Assembly (NCBI GenBank): GCA_903921365.1
Contig: CAIXPS010000315.1
Span: 19,629 to 83,628, forward strand
Reading direction: 5' to 3'
Length of the DNA stretch: 64,000 nucleotides
Source: an uncultured bacterium
Lineage (GTDB): Bacteria; Chloroflexota; Anaerolineae; J036; Brachytrichaceae
Below the pieces are notes generated by a model. That model was given only the letters and a program-made list of their open reading frames with translations. It ran no database searches and was not told the origin of the DNA. Below are positions 29,498-38,804 of this stretch, in pieces (within the stretch, counting starts at the first letter, position 1; each line of letters opens with the position of its first letter). The translations under genes and the position numbers were made by a program.

Positions 29498-30298
29498 ATG
29501 ATCCCACAACAAGCGCCCCCTCAGCCAGCGCGCCCATCATGGCGGGTTCGACTTCCGTTATCCCGCCCATTCCTGACGTATGTGTTTCTTGGCATCATCA
29601 TCGTTATCTTCGTGATCATGGAGCTGATGGGCGGCAGCGAAAACGCGCGTAACCTGGTGCGATTTGGCGCTAATTATGCGCCCTTAGTCACGGATGGCGA
29701 CTACTGGCGTCTTTTTACGGCTAATTTTCTGCACATAGGGGCGCTCCATCTACTGGTGAATAGTTACGCACTCTATGTGTTGGGTCGCGAAGTGGAGACG
29801 ATCTACGGCTCAACACGCTTTACGGTGATCTACCTGCTATCGGGTATCAGCGGGGCGATTTTCAGCTACATGCTGACGCAAGGGTTATCTGCCGGGGCTT
29901 CAACTTCCTTGTTTGGTCTTTTCGGCGCATTAGCCGTGTTTTTCTTCAAGCAACGTCAGTTGCTGGGGGCTATCGGTCGACAAAGATTGATCAATCTGGG
30001 CATGACGCTGGTGATCAATGTGATCATTGGTCTCAGCCCCGGTAGCAGCATCGACAACTGGGGGCATGTGGGCGGGGTGATTGGCGGCGCGATTCTGGCC
30101 TGGTTTTTGTGTCCCACGTATGCATTGGCAAACCCGGTTGAGATGGAAATGAGCCAACCGGTTGAGAATCAGATAGATCTGCCCGAGGGTCAACTAAAGG
30201 ACACGAATACACTGGCTAAGCAGGGATTCGCCGTGGGTTTATTTGGTCTGGGGCTGGTTGCATTAACAGTAGTCGCGCGAATGGCACAGTCTTCATGA
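29498..30298 (+). CDS. Rhomboid intramembrane serine protease
   Basis: WRLFTANFLH, HLLVN, GAS catalytic Ser and GHVGG. Confidence 0.94.
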   Translation: MIPQQAPPQPARPSWRVRLPLSRPFLTYVFLGIIIVIFVIMELMGGSENARNLVRFGANYAPLVTDGDYWRLFTANFLHIGALHLLVNSYALYVLGREVETIYGSTRFTVIYLLSGISGAIFSYMLTQGLSAGASTSLFGLFGALAVFFFKQRQLLGAIGRQRLINLGMTLVINVIIGLSPGSSIDNWGHVGGVIGGAILAWFLCPTYALANPVEMEMSQPVENQIDLPEGQLKDTNTLAKQGFAVGLFGLGLVALTVVARMAQSS

Positions 30299-31266
30299 AT
30301 GTTTGTGTATTAGGCGCTACCGGTTTCATCGGTGGTCACATCGCTCGCGCTGCGGTTGCGGCAGGCTGGCGTGTTAGAGCCGTGCGCCGGAATCCCCGGA
30401 ATACCGGCGCGATTTCAGATGTCCCGGTTGAGTGGATGACCGGCAATCTGATCGATGTCGATTCGCTTCGGCGCGCGATGGCAGGATGCGAGATAGTCTT
30501 CCATGCTGCTGCGGCATACCCACAGGATTTCAGACACATTGATCAGGAGATTGCGCGCGCGCGAGCCGAGATGGACAACGTCCTGCAAGCAGCGCGGGCG
30601 GCGCGCGTCTCGCGCCTCATCTACACCAGCAGCATTACGACAATCGGCACTCCTCCAGAAGGGCGCCTGGCTGACGAGCGCGATGTCTATCGCGCGGGTT
30701 CCGCGCGCAGCGCCTATGCCGAAGCCAAATTTTCGATGGAACGCCTGGGACTGCGCGAGTCTCGCACGCCTGATCTGGTCGTTCTGTTGCCTACCGCAGT
30801 GTTTGGCCCTGGCGACATAAAACCCACCACTGGCGTCGTGATCCGCGATGCCGCGCTCGGGCGTTTCCCCATCTATTTTGATGCTGTCATCAATGCAGTT
30901 GACGTGCGCGACGTGGCTCGTTCCCATATTGCGGCTGTGACGCAGGGACGCCGCGCCGAGCGCTACATCCTTGGCGGGCATAATCTGACGATCTATGAGC
31001 TGCTGCGGACGGCGTGCCACGAGGCTGGAGTGCAACCCCCACGCATCAAATTGCCTCGTTCACTCGTCAGCGGTTTCATTGGTTTGACCGACGCAATACC
31101 GTTCGCGCATTTGCCTGAAAACTTCAGGACGTTCCATCTCTGGCAACCGGTGTCATCCAATAAAGCACAGGGCGAACTTGGGCATACGGCGCGCTCGTTT
31201 GAAGAAACTGCGCGAGACACGATCGCCTGGTTCAGGCAGCCTGAGCTACGGGCAGCCACACGCTGA
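30295..31266 (+). CDS. NAD-dependent epimerase/dehydratase (HpnA/DFR-like extended SDR)
   Basis: GATGFIG, YAEAK and VDVRDVA. Confidence 0.92.
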   Translation: MNVCVLGATGFIGGHIARAAVAAGWRVRAVRRNPRNTGAISDVPVEWMTGNLIDVDSLRRAMAGCEIVFHAAAAYPQDFRHIDQEIARARAEMDNVLQAARAARVSRLIYTSSITTIGTPPEGRLADERDVYRAGSARSAYAEAKFSMERLGLRESRTPDLVVLLPTAVFGPGDIKPTTGVVIRDAALGRFPIYFDAVINAVDVRDVARSHIAAVTQGRRAERYILGGHNLTIYELLRTACHEAGVQPPRIKLPRSLVSGFIGLTDAIPFAHLPENFRTFHLWQPVSSNKAQGELGHTARSFEETARDTIAWFRQPELRAATR

Positions 31267-32701
31267 TACGCGTCCCGATCCCCAGCACGCTCTGAGCGCC
31301 GATCACGCCGTGGTGCGCCTCGACGATTTGTTTGCAGATAGCCAGCCCAAGTCCTGCGCCTGAAGGAGAGCGCCCATCCGTCTGCGCGCGCGCCTTGTCC
31401 ACCTGGTAAAAGCGCTCGAAGATGCGTGCCAAATCATCGGCCGGTATGCCTTGACCGGTATCGCTGACGCTCAACTCAATTCCTGCCGGGCGCGACTTGC
31501 TCGCAGGCGTTCCTCTGGTTTCAATGCTGACTTTGCCTCCGCGGTCGGTATGTTTGATGGCGTTATCAAGCAGGTTTGTCACTACTTGCGCCAGACGGTC
31601 GCCGTCCGCCTGGATAAAGGGCAACTCGGCGAGGTTGTCCTGCAGGAGGACGCCCGAGCTTTCGGCGCGCGGGACAAACCGGGTCAGGCATGAGCGCGCG
31701 ACATCGTTGATCGATACGCGTTGCATCGCCATCTTGATGTCGCCAGTTTCAAGGCGCGCAGAGTCAAGCAATCTGGTCACGAGCCGTGTCAACCGGTCGG
31801 CCTCGTCATTGATGATCCGCGCTGCGCTCTGAACGGACTCGGCATCGTTGACCGCGCCGTCCTGGATGGCCTGCGCAAATCCCTTGATCGATGTCAGCGG
31901 CGTCTTTAGTTCGTGTGAAACATTGGCGACAAAGTCGCGTTCCGTCATCTGCGCAGTCTGAACCCGCGCGGCCATCTTGTTAAAGTCTTCAGCAAGTTGC
32001 TTGAATTCCTCAGTGCCTGATAAGGCGACCCGTTGATCGTATTTTCCCTGCGCGATTGCGTTTGCCCCGGCAGCCACTTTCTGAATCGGTCTGGCGATGG
32101 AGCGCGCCACGAGCGCAGCGATCACTGCCGCAAGGATTAAGGCGGCGCCGCCAGCCTCGATGAAGGGAAGGGCCAGACTTTCGCCCTCTAAGCTGACGAC
32201 GGGGCCGCTTAGGAACGGGCGAGCGATGACCATCCAGTTTGTATTCGTCAATGCAGGGCGAATGGCGACGGCGACGTAAGTCCAGCGTCGTTTCTGCCCA
32301 TCAATGAAGTTGCCGGCGGCAACCTGGTCACGGGTATTCGGGGTGGTCACGTCGCCTGTAGCGGTGAGTTTGCGACTCAGGTCCAGTTTGCGACCGACCA
32401 GCGAGGCTTCGGCAGCGAAACCGTTATCCTGCAACACGACACCCTCATAGTCGAGCAGGGCGATCTGGAAGCGTTGATTCTGACCGACCACCGCCAGCCG
32501 ATCAAGGACTTTGGCGGCATTATCTGTTGCGTCGGCAAGCCGCAGGGATCGCACCACGGTTGTTGCGACGAAACTCAGTTCGCGCAGCGTCAGCCGTTGC
32601 TGATAATCGATCAGCAGTACCACCAGCGTCACGCTCAATATCAGCAAGGTGATGACGATGACGATCGTGTGCGTGAAGAATAAGCGGAGTCTGAGGCTCA
32701 T
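31232..32701 (-). CDS. HAMP-domain sensor histidine kinase
   Basis: Two TMs, VSHELKTPLTSI, NLLDNAIK, DTGQGI and GLGLAI. Confidence 0.95.
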   Translation of the reverse strand: MSLRLRLFFTHTIVIVITLLILSVTLVVLLIDYQQRLTLRELSFVATTVVRSLRLADATDNAAKVLDRLAVVGQNQRFQIALLDYEGVVLQDNGFAAEASLVGRKLDLSRKLTATGDVTTPNTRDQVAAGNFIDGQKRRWTYVAVAIRPALTNTNWMVIARPFLSGPVVSLEGESLALPFIEAGGAALILAAVIAALVARSIARPIQKVAAGANAIAQGKYDQRVALSGTEEFKQLAEDFNKMAARVQTAQMTERDFVANVSHELKTPLTSIKGFAQAIQDGAVNDAESVQSAARIINDEADRLTRLVTRLLDSARLETGDIKMAMQRVSINDVARSCLTRFVPRAESSGVLLQDNLAELPFIQADGDRLAQVVTNLLDNAIKHTDRGGKVSIETRGTPASKSRPAGIELSVSDTGQGIPADDLARIFERFYQVDKARAQTDGRSPSGAGLGLAICKQIVEAHHGVIGAQSVLGIGTRISVWLPVAQAA

Positions 32702-32740
32702 TTTCCTGACGGCGCTCCTGTTTCTGGCATTGTTCCTGGC

Positions 32741-33430
32741 TCAGGGGGCGGAGACTAACTTGTACCCAACTCCGAACACCGTTTCAATCTCCACGCCGCT
32801 GCCTGCAATATGTTTGCGCAACTGGGCAATGTGCACATCGACCGTGCGCGTTTCGCCTGAAAAATCAAAGCCCCATACGGTTTCGAGCAGCTTTTCGCGC
32901 GTGAACACAATCCCTTTATTTTCGACGAACAGGACGAGCAGGTCAAATTCTTTGGCGCGCAATTTAAGCCCCTTGCCCGAGACGAGTGTCTCGCGTCGGG
33001 CGCGATCGATGGTGAGGTTGCCGATTTGCAGTAAGGCGCTATTGCCGCCTTGGTCGCCCTCGCTCCTCGCGCGCCGCAGGATAGCCTTGACGCGCGCCAT
33101 CAATTCGCGCGGGTTGAAGGGTTTGGTCAGGTAGTCATCGGCCCCGATCTCCAGGCCAACAATCTTATCCACTGCGTCGTCGCGCGCGGTGAGCATGATG
33201 ATCGGGGTGTCGGACTTTGCGCGCACCCGTTTACACACCTCCCATCCATCGACCCTGGGCAGCATGAGGTCAAGAATGATCAATGCCGGCGGATTTGTTT
33301 GAATGACATCGAGCGCAGTCTGTCCGTCGTAGGCGCGCAGCGTGCGGTACCCGGCCTGTTTCGCGTAGAGTTCAATTAACTCAACGATGTTGCGTTCGTC
33401 GTCGACAATCAACACCAGCTCGTTGGCCAT
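32741..33430 (-). CDS. OmpR-family response regulator cognate to the downstream kinase
   Basis: LDLMLP, GADDYLTKPF and TRTVDVHI. Confidence 0.95.
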   Translation of the reverse strand: MANELVLIVDDERNIVELIELYAKQAGYRTLRAYDGQTALDVIQTNPPALIILDLMLPRVDGWEVCKRVRAKSDTPIIMLTARDDAVDKIVGLEIGADDYLTKPFNPRELMARVKAILRRARSEGDQGGNSALLQIGNLTIDRARRETLVSGKGLKLRAKEFDLLVLFVENKGIVFTREKLLETVWGFDFSGETRTVDVHIAQLRKHIAGSGVEIETVFGVGYKLVSAP

Positions 33431-33493
33431 AGGGTAAAGTGCGTGTTATTTACAGCAGTCTCGCGAGTGTATATCCTCAGGCAGCGGTTGCTG

Positions 33494-34393
33494 TTATTTC
33501 GGCTTGAGAGCTTCATCGATCGCGGACTTAAAGGCTTCATACGGCTGTGCGCCGACGATGAGTTTGCCGTTGATCACGAACGAAGGCGTGCCGCGCACGC
33601 CAAGCTTGTTGCCTTCAGCAGTGTCAGTCTGCACGCGTTCGAGTGTCTTGTCCTGATTCAGACAGGAAGTAAATGACGGCACGTCTAACTTTAGTTCCTG
33701 CCCTAATTTCAACAGGTTTGCTTTTGTGAAGGTTCCGGCGTTCTCACCCCCCTGGCGGGTGAATAGAAGCTCGTGGAAATCCCAGAAGCGATTCTGGTCA
33801 GCGGCGCATTCGGCGGCCTGAGCGGCCCAACGCGACTCGTCACCCAGGAAGGCGAAATTCTTGTAGGCTAGCTTTATCTTGCCAGTAGTCACGTAATCGG
33901 TGACGATGCGGGGGAGCACCGTGTCGTGGAAGCGTTTGCAGAATGGACACTGAAAATCGCTATATTCGATCAGCGTCACGGTCGCCTTATCGTCGCCGCG
34001 GACGTTGTGCGGGCGCACGGCGATGTCGTCCGTATTAATCGGGGCAGCGGCCACCGAGTCGGTATTTGGATTGGCTGCATTGTTAGTGCCAGCCTGTAAC
34101 GCGTCCTGTGCGCCCAGTTTGGCTGCGTCGCGAATATCGGCCAGGCTGAGGGGGAGCGTGACTCCCGTGTTGTACTCCAGCAAGGCGTCTTTCGCGCCCA
34201 GTCGCGCCGCCTCGCGGATCGCAGTAGTGTCGGCGCCGCTTTGTGTCTGGGCGCCGCCACGCGGTGGGTTTGTCAACGACACAAGCCCGATCGCCGCGAC
34301 TGCGCCAACCAGTATCCCCAGACCAAACCAACCCAATGAACTGCGATCACGCCGGGATGGACTGTTTTGTTCAGTCTGCTCAATTTCAGTCAT
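33494..34393 (-). CDS. Membrane-anchored DsbA/BdbD-like thiol-disulfide oxidoreductase
   Basis: EYSDFQCPFC and GVRGTPSF. Confidence 0.93.
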   Translation of the reverse strand: MTEIEQTEQNSPSRRDRSSLGWFGLGILVGAVAAIGLVSLTNPPRGGAQTQSGADTTAIREAARLGAKDALLEYNTGVTLPLSLADIRDAAKLGAQDALQAGTNNAANPNTDSVAAAPINTDDIAVRPHNVRGDDKATVTLIEYSDFQCPFCKRFHDTVLPRIVTDYVTTGKIKLAYKNFAFLGDESRWAAQAAECAADQNRFWDFHELLFTRQGGENAGTFTKANLLKLGQELKLDVPSFTSCLNQDKTLERVQTDTAEGNKLGVRGTPSFVINGKLIVGAQPYEAFKSAIDEALKPK

Positions 34394-35544
34394 GCCTTTA
34401 TCTCCGCGAGCTCTTTGTACAAGGACTCGTACTGTGCTACTGCTATGTCTGTACTATACATCTGGTTGATGAAGTCACGGCTTTTTACATACCTGGCGCG
34501 ATTCTGGATGACTTCGATGATTGCCGCTGCAAGCGCGGGCGCGTCGCCGATCGCTACGACCCTGCCCATGCCCGTTTTCTGCACCGGCACGCGCACGCCC
34601 GGCAGGTTGCTGCAGATCGACGGAGTGCCGCACATCATCGACTCTACCTGCACCAACCCGAAGGACTCGGTTGAGTTCAGGCTGGGCAAAACAGTGACAT
34701 CACAATTTGCGTAGAGTGATGCAAGCTCCTGACCATGCAATGGCCCTGTAAATGCCCAGTGAGAACCTGCTTCGGCAAAACGCGGCTGCAGGTGCCGGGC
34801 ATAAGCCTCTTCGCCCAGCACTTTCTGATATTGACCGGCGAATAGCACGCGCGCTTCGGGCAGGGTCTTGCGCGCGATATCGACCGCATCGAGGAGAACC
34901 TCGACGCCTTTTTCGGTGGCCAGACGCGCAACCATGCCAATAATCGGACGACTGGTCAGGTTCCATTTCTGGGCAAACCGGGCAATACTCTCAGCACTGG
35001 GCGTATCGATCTCTACCGGCGGCGGGATGATCGTCACTTTGCGCAGATACCGAGACAAATAGGGTGAGTTTTGTGCGTAATCGTCGGTATAGGCCACCAG
35101 CCGGTTCGCGATCAGCGCAGCCAGATGGTTCGCCCCATTGATTACCGGATGAACGATATGGTTGAGAAGCGCCGGCGGCAGTTGAATGTCGCAGTGATAG
35201 GTCAGTAGCGATGGTTTGCGGTACAAACGAGCGTTCACCGACAATCCGGCCCCGTCAAACTGAGGCAGGTGTGCGTGGACGATATCGTGTGTCGGCATCA
35301 ACTGGCGCGCGACCATCCCGAAGGCGGGCATGATGACCCCTTTGCTTAAGCGCAACGCCACTGGGACACGGACGATCTGAACGCCGTCTTGAACGTCGCG
35401 CAGGGGCATTGATTTATCGTACTGTGAGGTTAACACGGTAACCTGATGACCTGCGCGCACCAACCCGCGCGACAGGCGCTCGACGTAAATCGTAAGACCA
35501 CTGATATTTGGCCGGTAGTAGCTAAGAACTTGTAGTATCCGCAT
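34390..35544 (-). CDS. Glycosyltransferase family 4
   Basis: RLATEKG and ESFGLVQVESM. Confidence 0.92.
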   Translation of the reverse strand: MRILQVLSYYRPNISGLTIYVERLSRGLVRAGHQVTVLTSQYDKSMPLRDVQDGVQIVRVPVALRLSKGVIMPAFGMVARQLMPTHDIVHAHLPQFDGAGLSVNARLYRKPSLLTYHCDIQLPPALLNHIVHPVINGANHLAALIANRLVAYTDDYAQNSPYLSRYLRKVTIIPPPVEIDTPSAESIARFAQKWNLTSRPIIGMVARLATEKGVEVLLDAVDIARKTLPEARVLFAGQYQKVLGEEAYARHLQPRFAEAGSHWAFTGPLHGQELASLYANCDVTVLPSLNSTESFGLVQVESMMCGTPSICSNLPGVRVPVQKTGMGRVVAIGDAPALAAAIIEVIQNRARYVKSRDFINQMYSTDIAVAQYESLYKELAEIKA

Positions 35545-35550
35545 TGAGGA

Positions 35551-36570
35551 TTATTTGCCGATCTCGATGTGTGGTGTTTGGCGTTCAGCGCCGTCTGTGC
35601 GCGCGCGCGTATTAGTCGCAACGTTTGAGAAGGTCATCCCCACCTGGAGCAGACCAACAATGCCAAGCGCGATTAAGGCTAGTTGCTGCCCCAGCGACCA
35701 TACAAACGCAAACGCGACTGCGATGTCCTCCGGGACTTGGAAGGGAATGACGAGCGCTTGTTTTGCGAAGAATTGCACGACTCCCAGCCCGCCGGGCGCC
35801 GATGGTATCGCTCCTCCGAGGTTGGCGAGCACGATCGTCAAACCCATCTGGTCAATACGCGCCTGCATAAACGCCATCATGGTGAAAAATGCGACGAACA
35901 ATGAAGTTCCCCAGATGCCAACAGTGAGCACAAGGTTATAGGCGAGTTTGACGGGCGAGCGGATCACCTGAAACCCGCCGACGATGTCGCGAAACCGGCG
36001 CGCCATGGCGTCGCCATTCAAGCGTGGAATGCGGCGCGTGATGCGCAACAGAAGCGTTTCGACGGCGTCGGACTGCCAGATCGCCAGGATGGATGCAAGC
36101 AGCACCACGATCACTACCCCGCCGCCTGTCAATGCGGCGGCAGAAAACTGGGGCGGCATCGGGATGAACTGGGCAAAGATGACAAACATGATTACGATGG
36201 ATGCCAGGTCAATGATGCGTTCGACTACAACTGTCGAAAGCGCCCGGGTCATGCGAACAGCTGTGCGTTCACCAATCACATACGCGCGGCCAATCTCACC
36301 CAGGCGAAAGGGCAGAATGCTGTTCAGCATATAGCCCACATTCAACGCATGAAAGGTGATCCGGAATGGCGTGCCTCCCATTAAACTCGACCAGCGAATT
36401 GCGCGCAACGAGAGCGTGAGAAGTAATGTAAAAAAAGCGGGGATCAGCCAGAGAATTTGAGCGCTTGCCAATGTGGCTGCAAACTCATCAAAATGGATAC
36501 CGCGAAGGGTGAAATACAGTGCGATGGCACTGATGGCAAGACCGAGCCAGAATTTCCAATTTTTGATCAC
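35551..36570 (-). CDS. Lysylphosphatidylglycerol synthase TM / flippase-like protein
   Basis: LRAIRW, NSILPFRLGE, VERIID and PSAPGGLG. Confidence 0.88.
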   Translation of the reverse strand: MIKNWKFWLGLAISAIALYFTLRGIHFDEFAATLASAQILWLIPAFFTLLLTLSLRAIRWSSLMGGTPFRITFHALNVGYMLNSILPFRLGEIGRAYVIGERTAVRMTRALSTVVVERIIDLASIVIMFVIFAQFIPMPPQFSAAALTGGGVVIVVLLASILAIWQSDAVETLLLRITRRIPRLNGDAMARRFRDIVGGFQVIRSPVKLAYNLVLTVGIWGTSLFVAFFTMMAFMQARIDQMGLTIVLANLGGAIPSAPGGLGVVQFFAKQALVIPFQVPEDIAVAFAFVWSLGQQLALIALGIVGLLQVGMTFSNVATNTRARTDGAERQTPHIEIGK

Positions 36571-37415
36571 GATTGCACAATGGCCGCTCTAATCTGGCTG
36601 ATGCGGGCTTCGATTGCCTCAATGGTTCCGGCGGGGAGATGGATAGACCCCAGTGTTGTCTCGGTGTCGCCAACAAACCCGTGGAAATCGCTGCCGCCAG
36701 TAGCAATGAGACCATTGGCCGCAGCGAAGGCCGCGTAATGTTTTATCTGCTCTGGCGTGTGGAGCGGATAGTAGACTTCGATGCCGTCGAGACCACAGGG
36801 GAGCAGTTCTGCAAGAAGGCGATCCGCGTCGCCGGCATATAAACTGGGGTGGGCGACGACTGCGATCCCGTGCGCGCGATGAATCAACTGGACGGCTTCG
36901 GCTGGCGTCAATCCCTGGTGTGGGACGAATGCCGGTTTCCCTTCCGCCAGGTAGACATCAAAAGCCTCCTGGCGCGTAGTCACCCAGCCTCCCTCAAGAA
37001 GCGCCTTGGCGACGTGCGGACGGCCAACCATTGCGTCTCCCGCAAGTTCCTTGATACGGTCGTAGGACACATTAATTCCCAGCCCGTGCAGTTGGGCAAC
37101 CATTGCTTTGGCCCGGCCATCACGCGCGTCACGCAATGCCAGGATGCGGTCGATGGTTTCTGGATCGGTGGGCTCGACCCCGTAACCAAGGACATGCACT
37201 TCGCCCTGGTCGGCAAGTGAACTAACCTCGATACCGCGGATGAAATGCACATGCTGTTGCGCACAAACCTGTGCTGCTTCAGCATGCGCGGCCACGGTAT
37301 CGTGGTCGGTGATCGCCAGTACTTTGATGTCGCGCTTTGACGCCAAAGCAACAAGCTCTGACGGCGTTAATGTGCCGTCAGAGGCTCGTGTGTGGCAATG
37401 AAGTTCGGTAATCAG
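36567..37415 (-). CDS. PHP-domain (TrpH/YciV-like) phosphoesterase with probable CTG start
   Basis: In-frame extension adds LHCHTRASDG; AITDHDT, GRPHVA, AHP and GGSDFHG. Confidence 0.88.
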   Translation of the reverse strand: MITELHCHTRASDGTLTPSELVALASKRDIKVLAITDHDTVAAHAEAAQVCAQQHVHFIRGIEVSSLADQGEVHVLGYGVEPTDPETIDRILALRDARDGRAKAMVAQLHGLGINVSYDRIKELAGDAMVGRPHVAKALLEGGWVTTRQEAFDVYLAEGKPAFVPHQGLTPAEAVQLIHRAHGIAVVAHPSLYAGDADRLLAELLPCGLDGIEVYYPLHTPEQIKHYAAFAAANGLIATGGSDFHGFVGDTETTLGSIHLPAGTIEAIEARISQIRAAIVQS

Positions 37416-37741
37416 CGTGGTTCGACGCCAAACCGAACCGCCGTGCGTTCAGTCCCTTCAATATCCACTTCTGAAAAGGAAGGAATAACGACGACATTAA
37501 TCCCGTCGAGCAGAAGATACCCACGCGCAATCGCAGCCGCCTTGATCGCCTGATTGACCGCGCCAGCGCCAATCGCCTGTACGTCAGCGCGCCCATGCTC
37601 GCGGACTACACCCGCAATGGCGCCAGCCACTGCAGTCGATCTGGAATTCGCCGACACCTTAATAAGGTCAACAGCAGTTGTGCGTGTCCGCGCTGGGGTT
37701 GTCTGGTTAGTTTCATTCGCCTGTGCTTGATCTCTGTTCAT
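37412..37741 (-). CDS. spoVS: Stage V sporulation protein S family
   Basis: VAGAIAG and QAIGAGAVNQAIKAAAIARG; GAGG RBS. Confidence 0.93.
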   Translation of the reverse strand: MNRDQAQANETNQTTPARTRTTAVDLIKVSANSRSTAVAGAIAGVVREHGRADVQAIGAGAVNQAIKAAAIARGYLLLDGINVVVIPSFSEVDIEGTERTAVRFGVEPR

Positions 37742-37852
37742 CGTTACCTCTCTGAAAACAACTCGTAGTTAGAATAAACGATTTTACAACGCGGAATTAA
37801 GAGATAGCTGAGAAGAGTAGGATAACACAAAACATATTTATTACATTTTTGG

Positions 37853-37870
37853 TTGTGATATTTATCACAA
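37853..37870. promoter_or_regulatory. Palindromic Rex/CRP-type operator upstream of spoVS
   Basis: TTGTGATA-TT-TATCACAA in an AT-rich intergenic region. Confidence 0.65.
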
Positions 37871-38007
37871 TGTCACTCTCTCTTACAACATATCTCACAA
37901 CGCACGCATTTTACCATAACCAGTAGGGCGTCACTATATAAACATAATATAAACATAAGTGTAGGCGAATCGCAGTTTGTGCAATTCATCATGCAGTCAA
38001 GGCTTTC

Positions 38008-38781
38008 CTATCTGTTCGGAGTATCGCGTTTGACTTTTTTAGCATCTCCCTGGCCTTCCATGCGACTGCGATACATGGCAACCCGGTTCACTACTCCCTG
38101 CGTGCCTGCCATCACCCAGATCAGCAATCCGAGCAGAACAAAAAGCGGCGGCAGCACCCCAATGCTGAGGATTAATACAGCCGATGTCACGACCAGCAAC
38201 AGGAATGTGAAAAGGGGGTTAGCGCCAGCGACGAGAGCGGCATTTTTAAACGCAACGCGCCAACTCTTGGCCTCCTGCTCCACATAAAACGGAATCACAT
38301 AGAACTGGATGGCTGTCCAGAATATCCCGGCTGCCAGCCATGCGCCCATGACCCACGCCACCCATGGTTGTCCGGGAAATGCTTGCGGGTACCACAGGAA
38401 GTTGATCGCGATCAGGATTCCAACCACATTCGAGAAAATCATATAGCGCCAGGTCTTCCAGATGTTCTGTTTGAAGTGCGCAAAGTAGTAGTCCCAGGAT
38501 ATGGCGAATCCGTTAGCCACACGATTGCACACAGCGTTCAGCGCAAAATAGGCGCCTGCGTATGGAATCGACAAGGGGATCGACAACACCATCCCCACGA
38601 TCAACGATGAGATTAACGACGGCACCGGGTCAGTGCTGCCCACGGCGACATAAGCTGGCACACCAATCGCAGCGAAAAGCGGCAAACCGCACACTACCGT
38701 CAGCAAGTTCATCAACACCAGAAGCAACATGTCTTCCCAGATGTCCTTGATGCTCTTCCATATCACCTTAAACGCGCTCAT
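38008..38781 (-). CDS. Integral membrane protein (possibly YesL/DUF624-like)
   Basis: About six TM helices; AAGGA RBS; downstream of the GH57-like gene. Confidence 0.6.
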   Translation of the reverse strand: MSAFKVIWKSIKDIWEDMLLLVLMNLLTVVCGLPLFAAIGVPAYVAVGSTDPVPSLISSLIVGMVLSIPLSIPYAGAYFALNAVCNRVANGFAISWDYYFAHFKQNIWKTWRYMIFSNVVGILIAINFLWYPQAFPGQPWVAWVMGAWLAAGIFWTAIQFYVIPFYVEQEAKSWRVAFKNAALVAGANPLFTFLLLVVTSAVLILSIGVLPPLFVLLGLLIWVMAGTQGVVNRVAMYRSRMEGQGDAKKVKRDTPNR

Positions 38782-38804
38782 CTTGTTTATTCCTTCACTT
38801 ATAT

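Noticed and set aside
37412..37741. spoVS, SpoIIM-like and SpoIIE-like genes as evidence of endospore formation
   Set aside because: These families are widespread in non-sporulating bacteria
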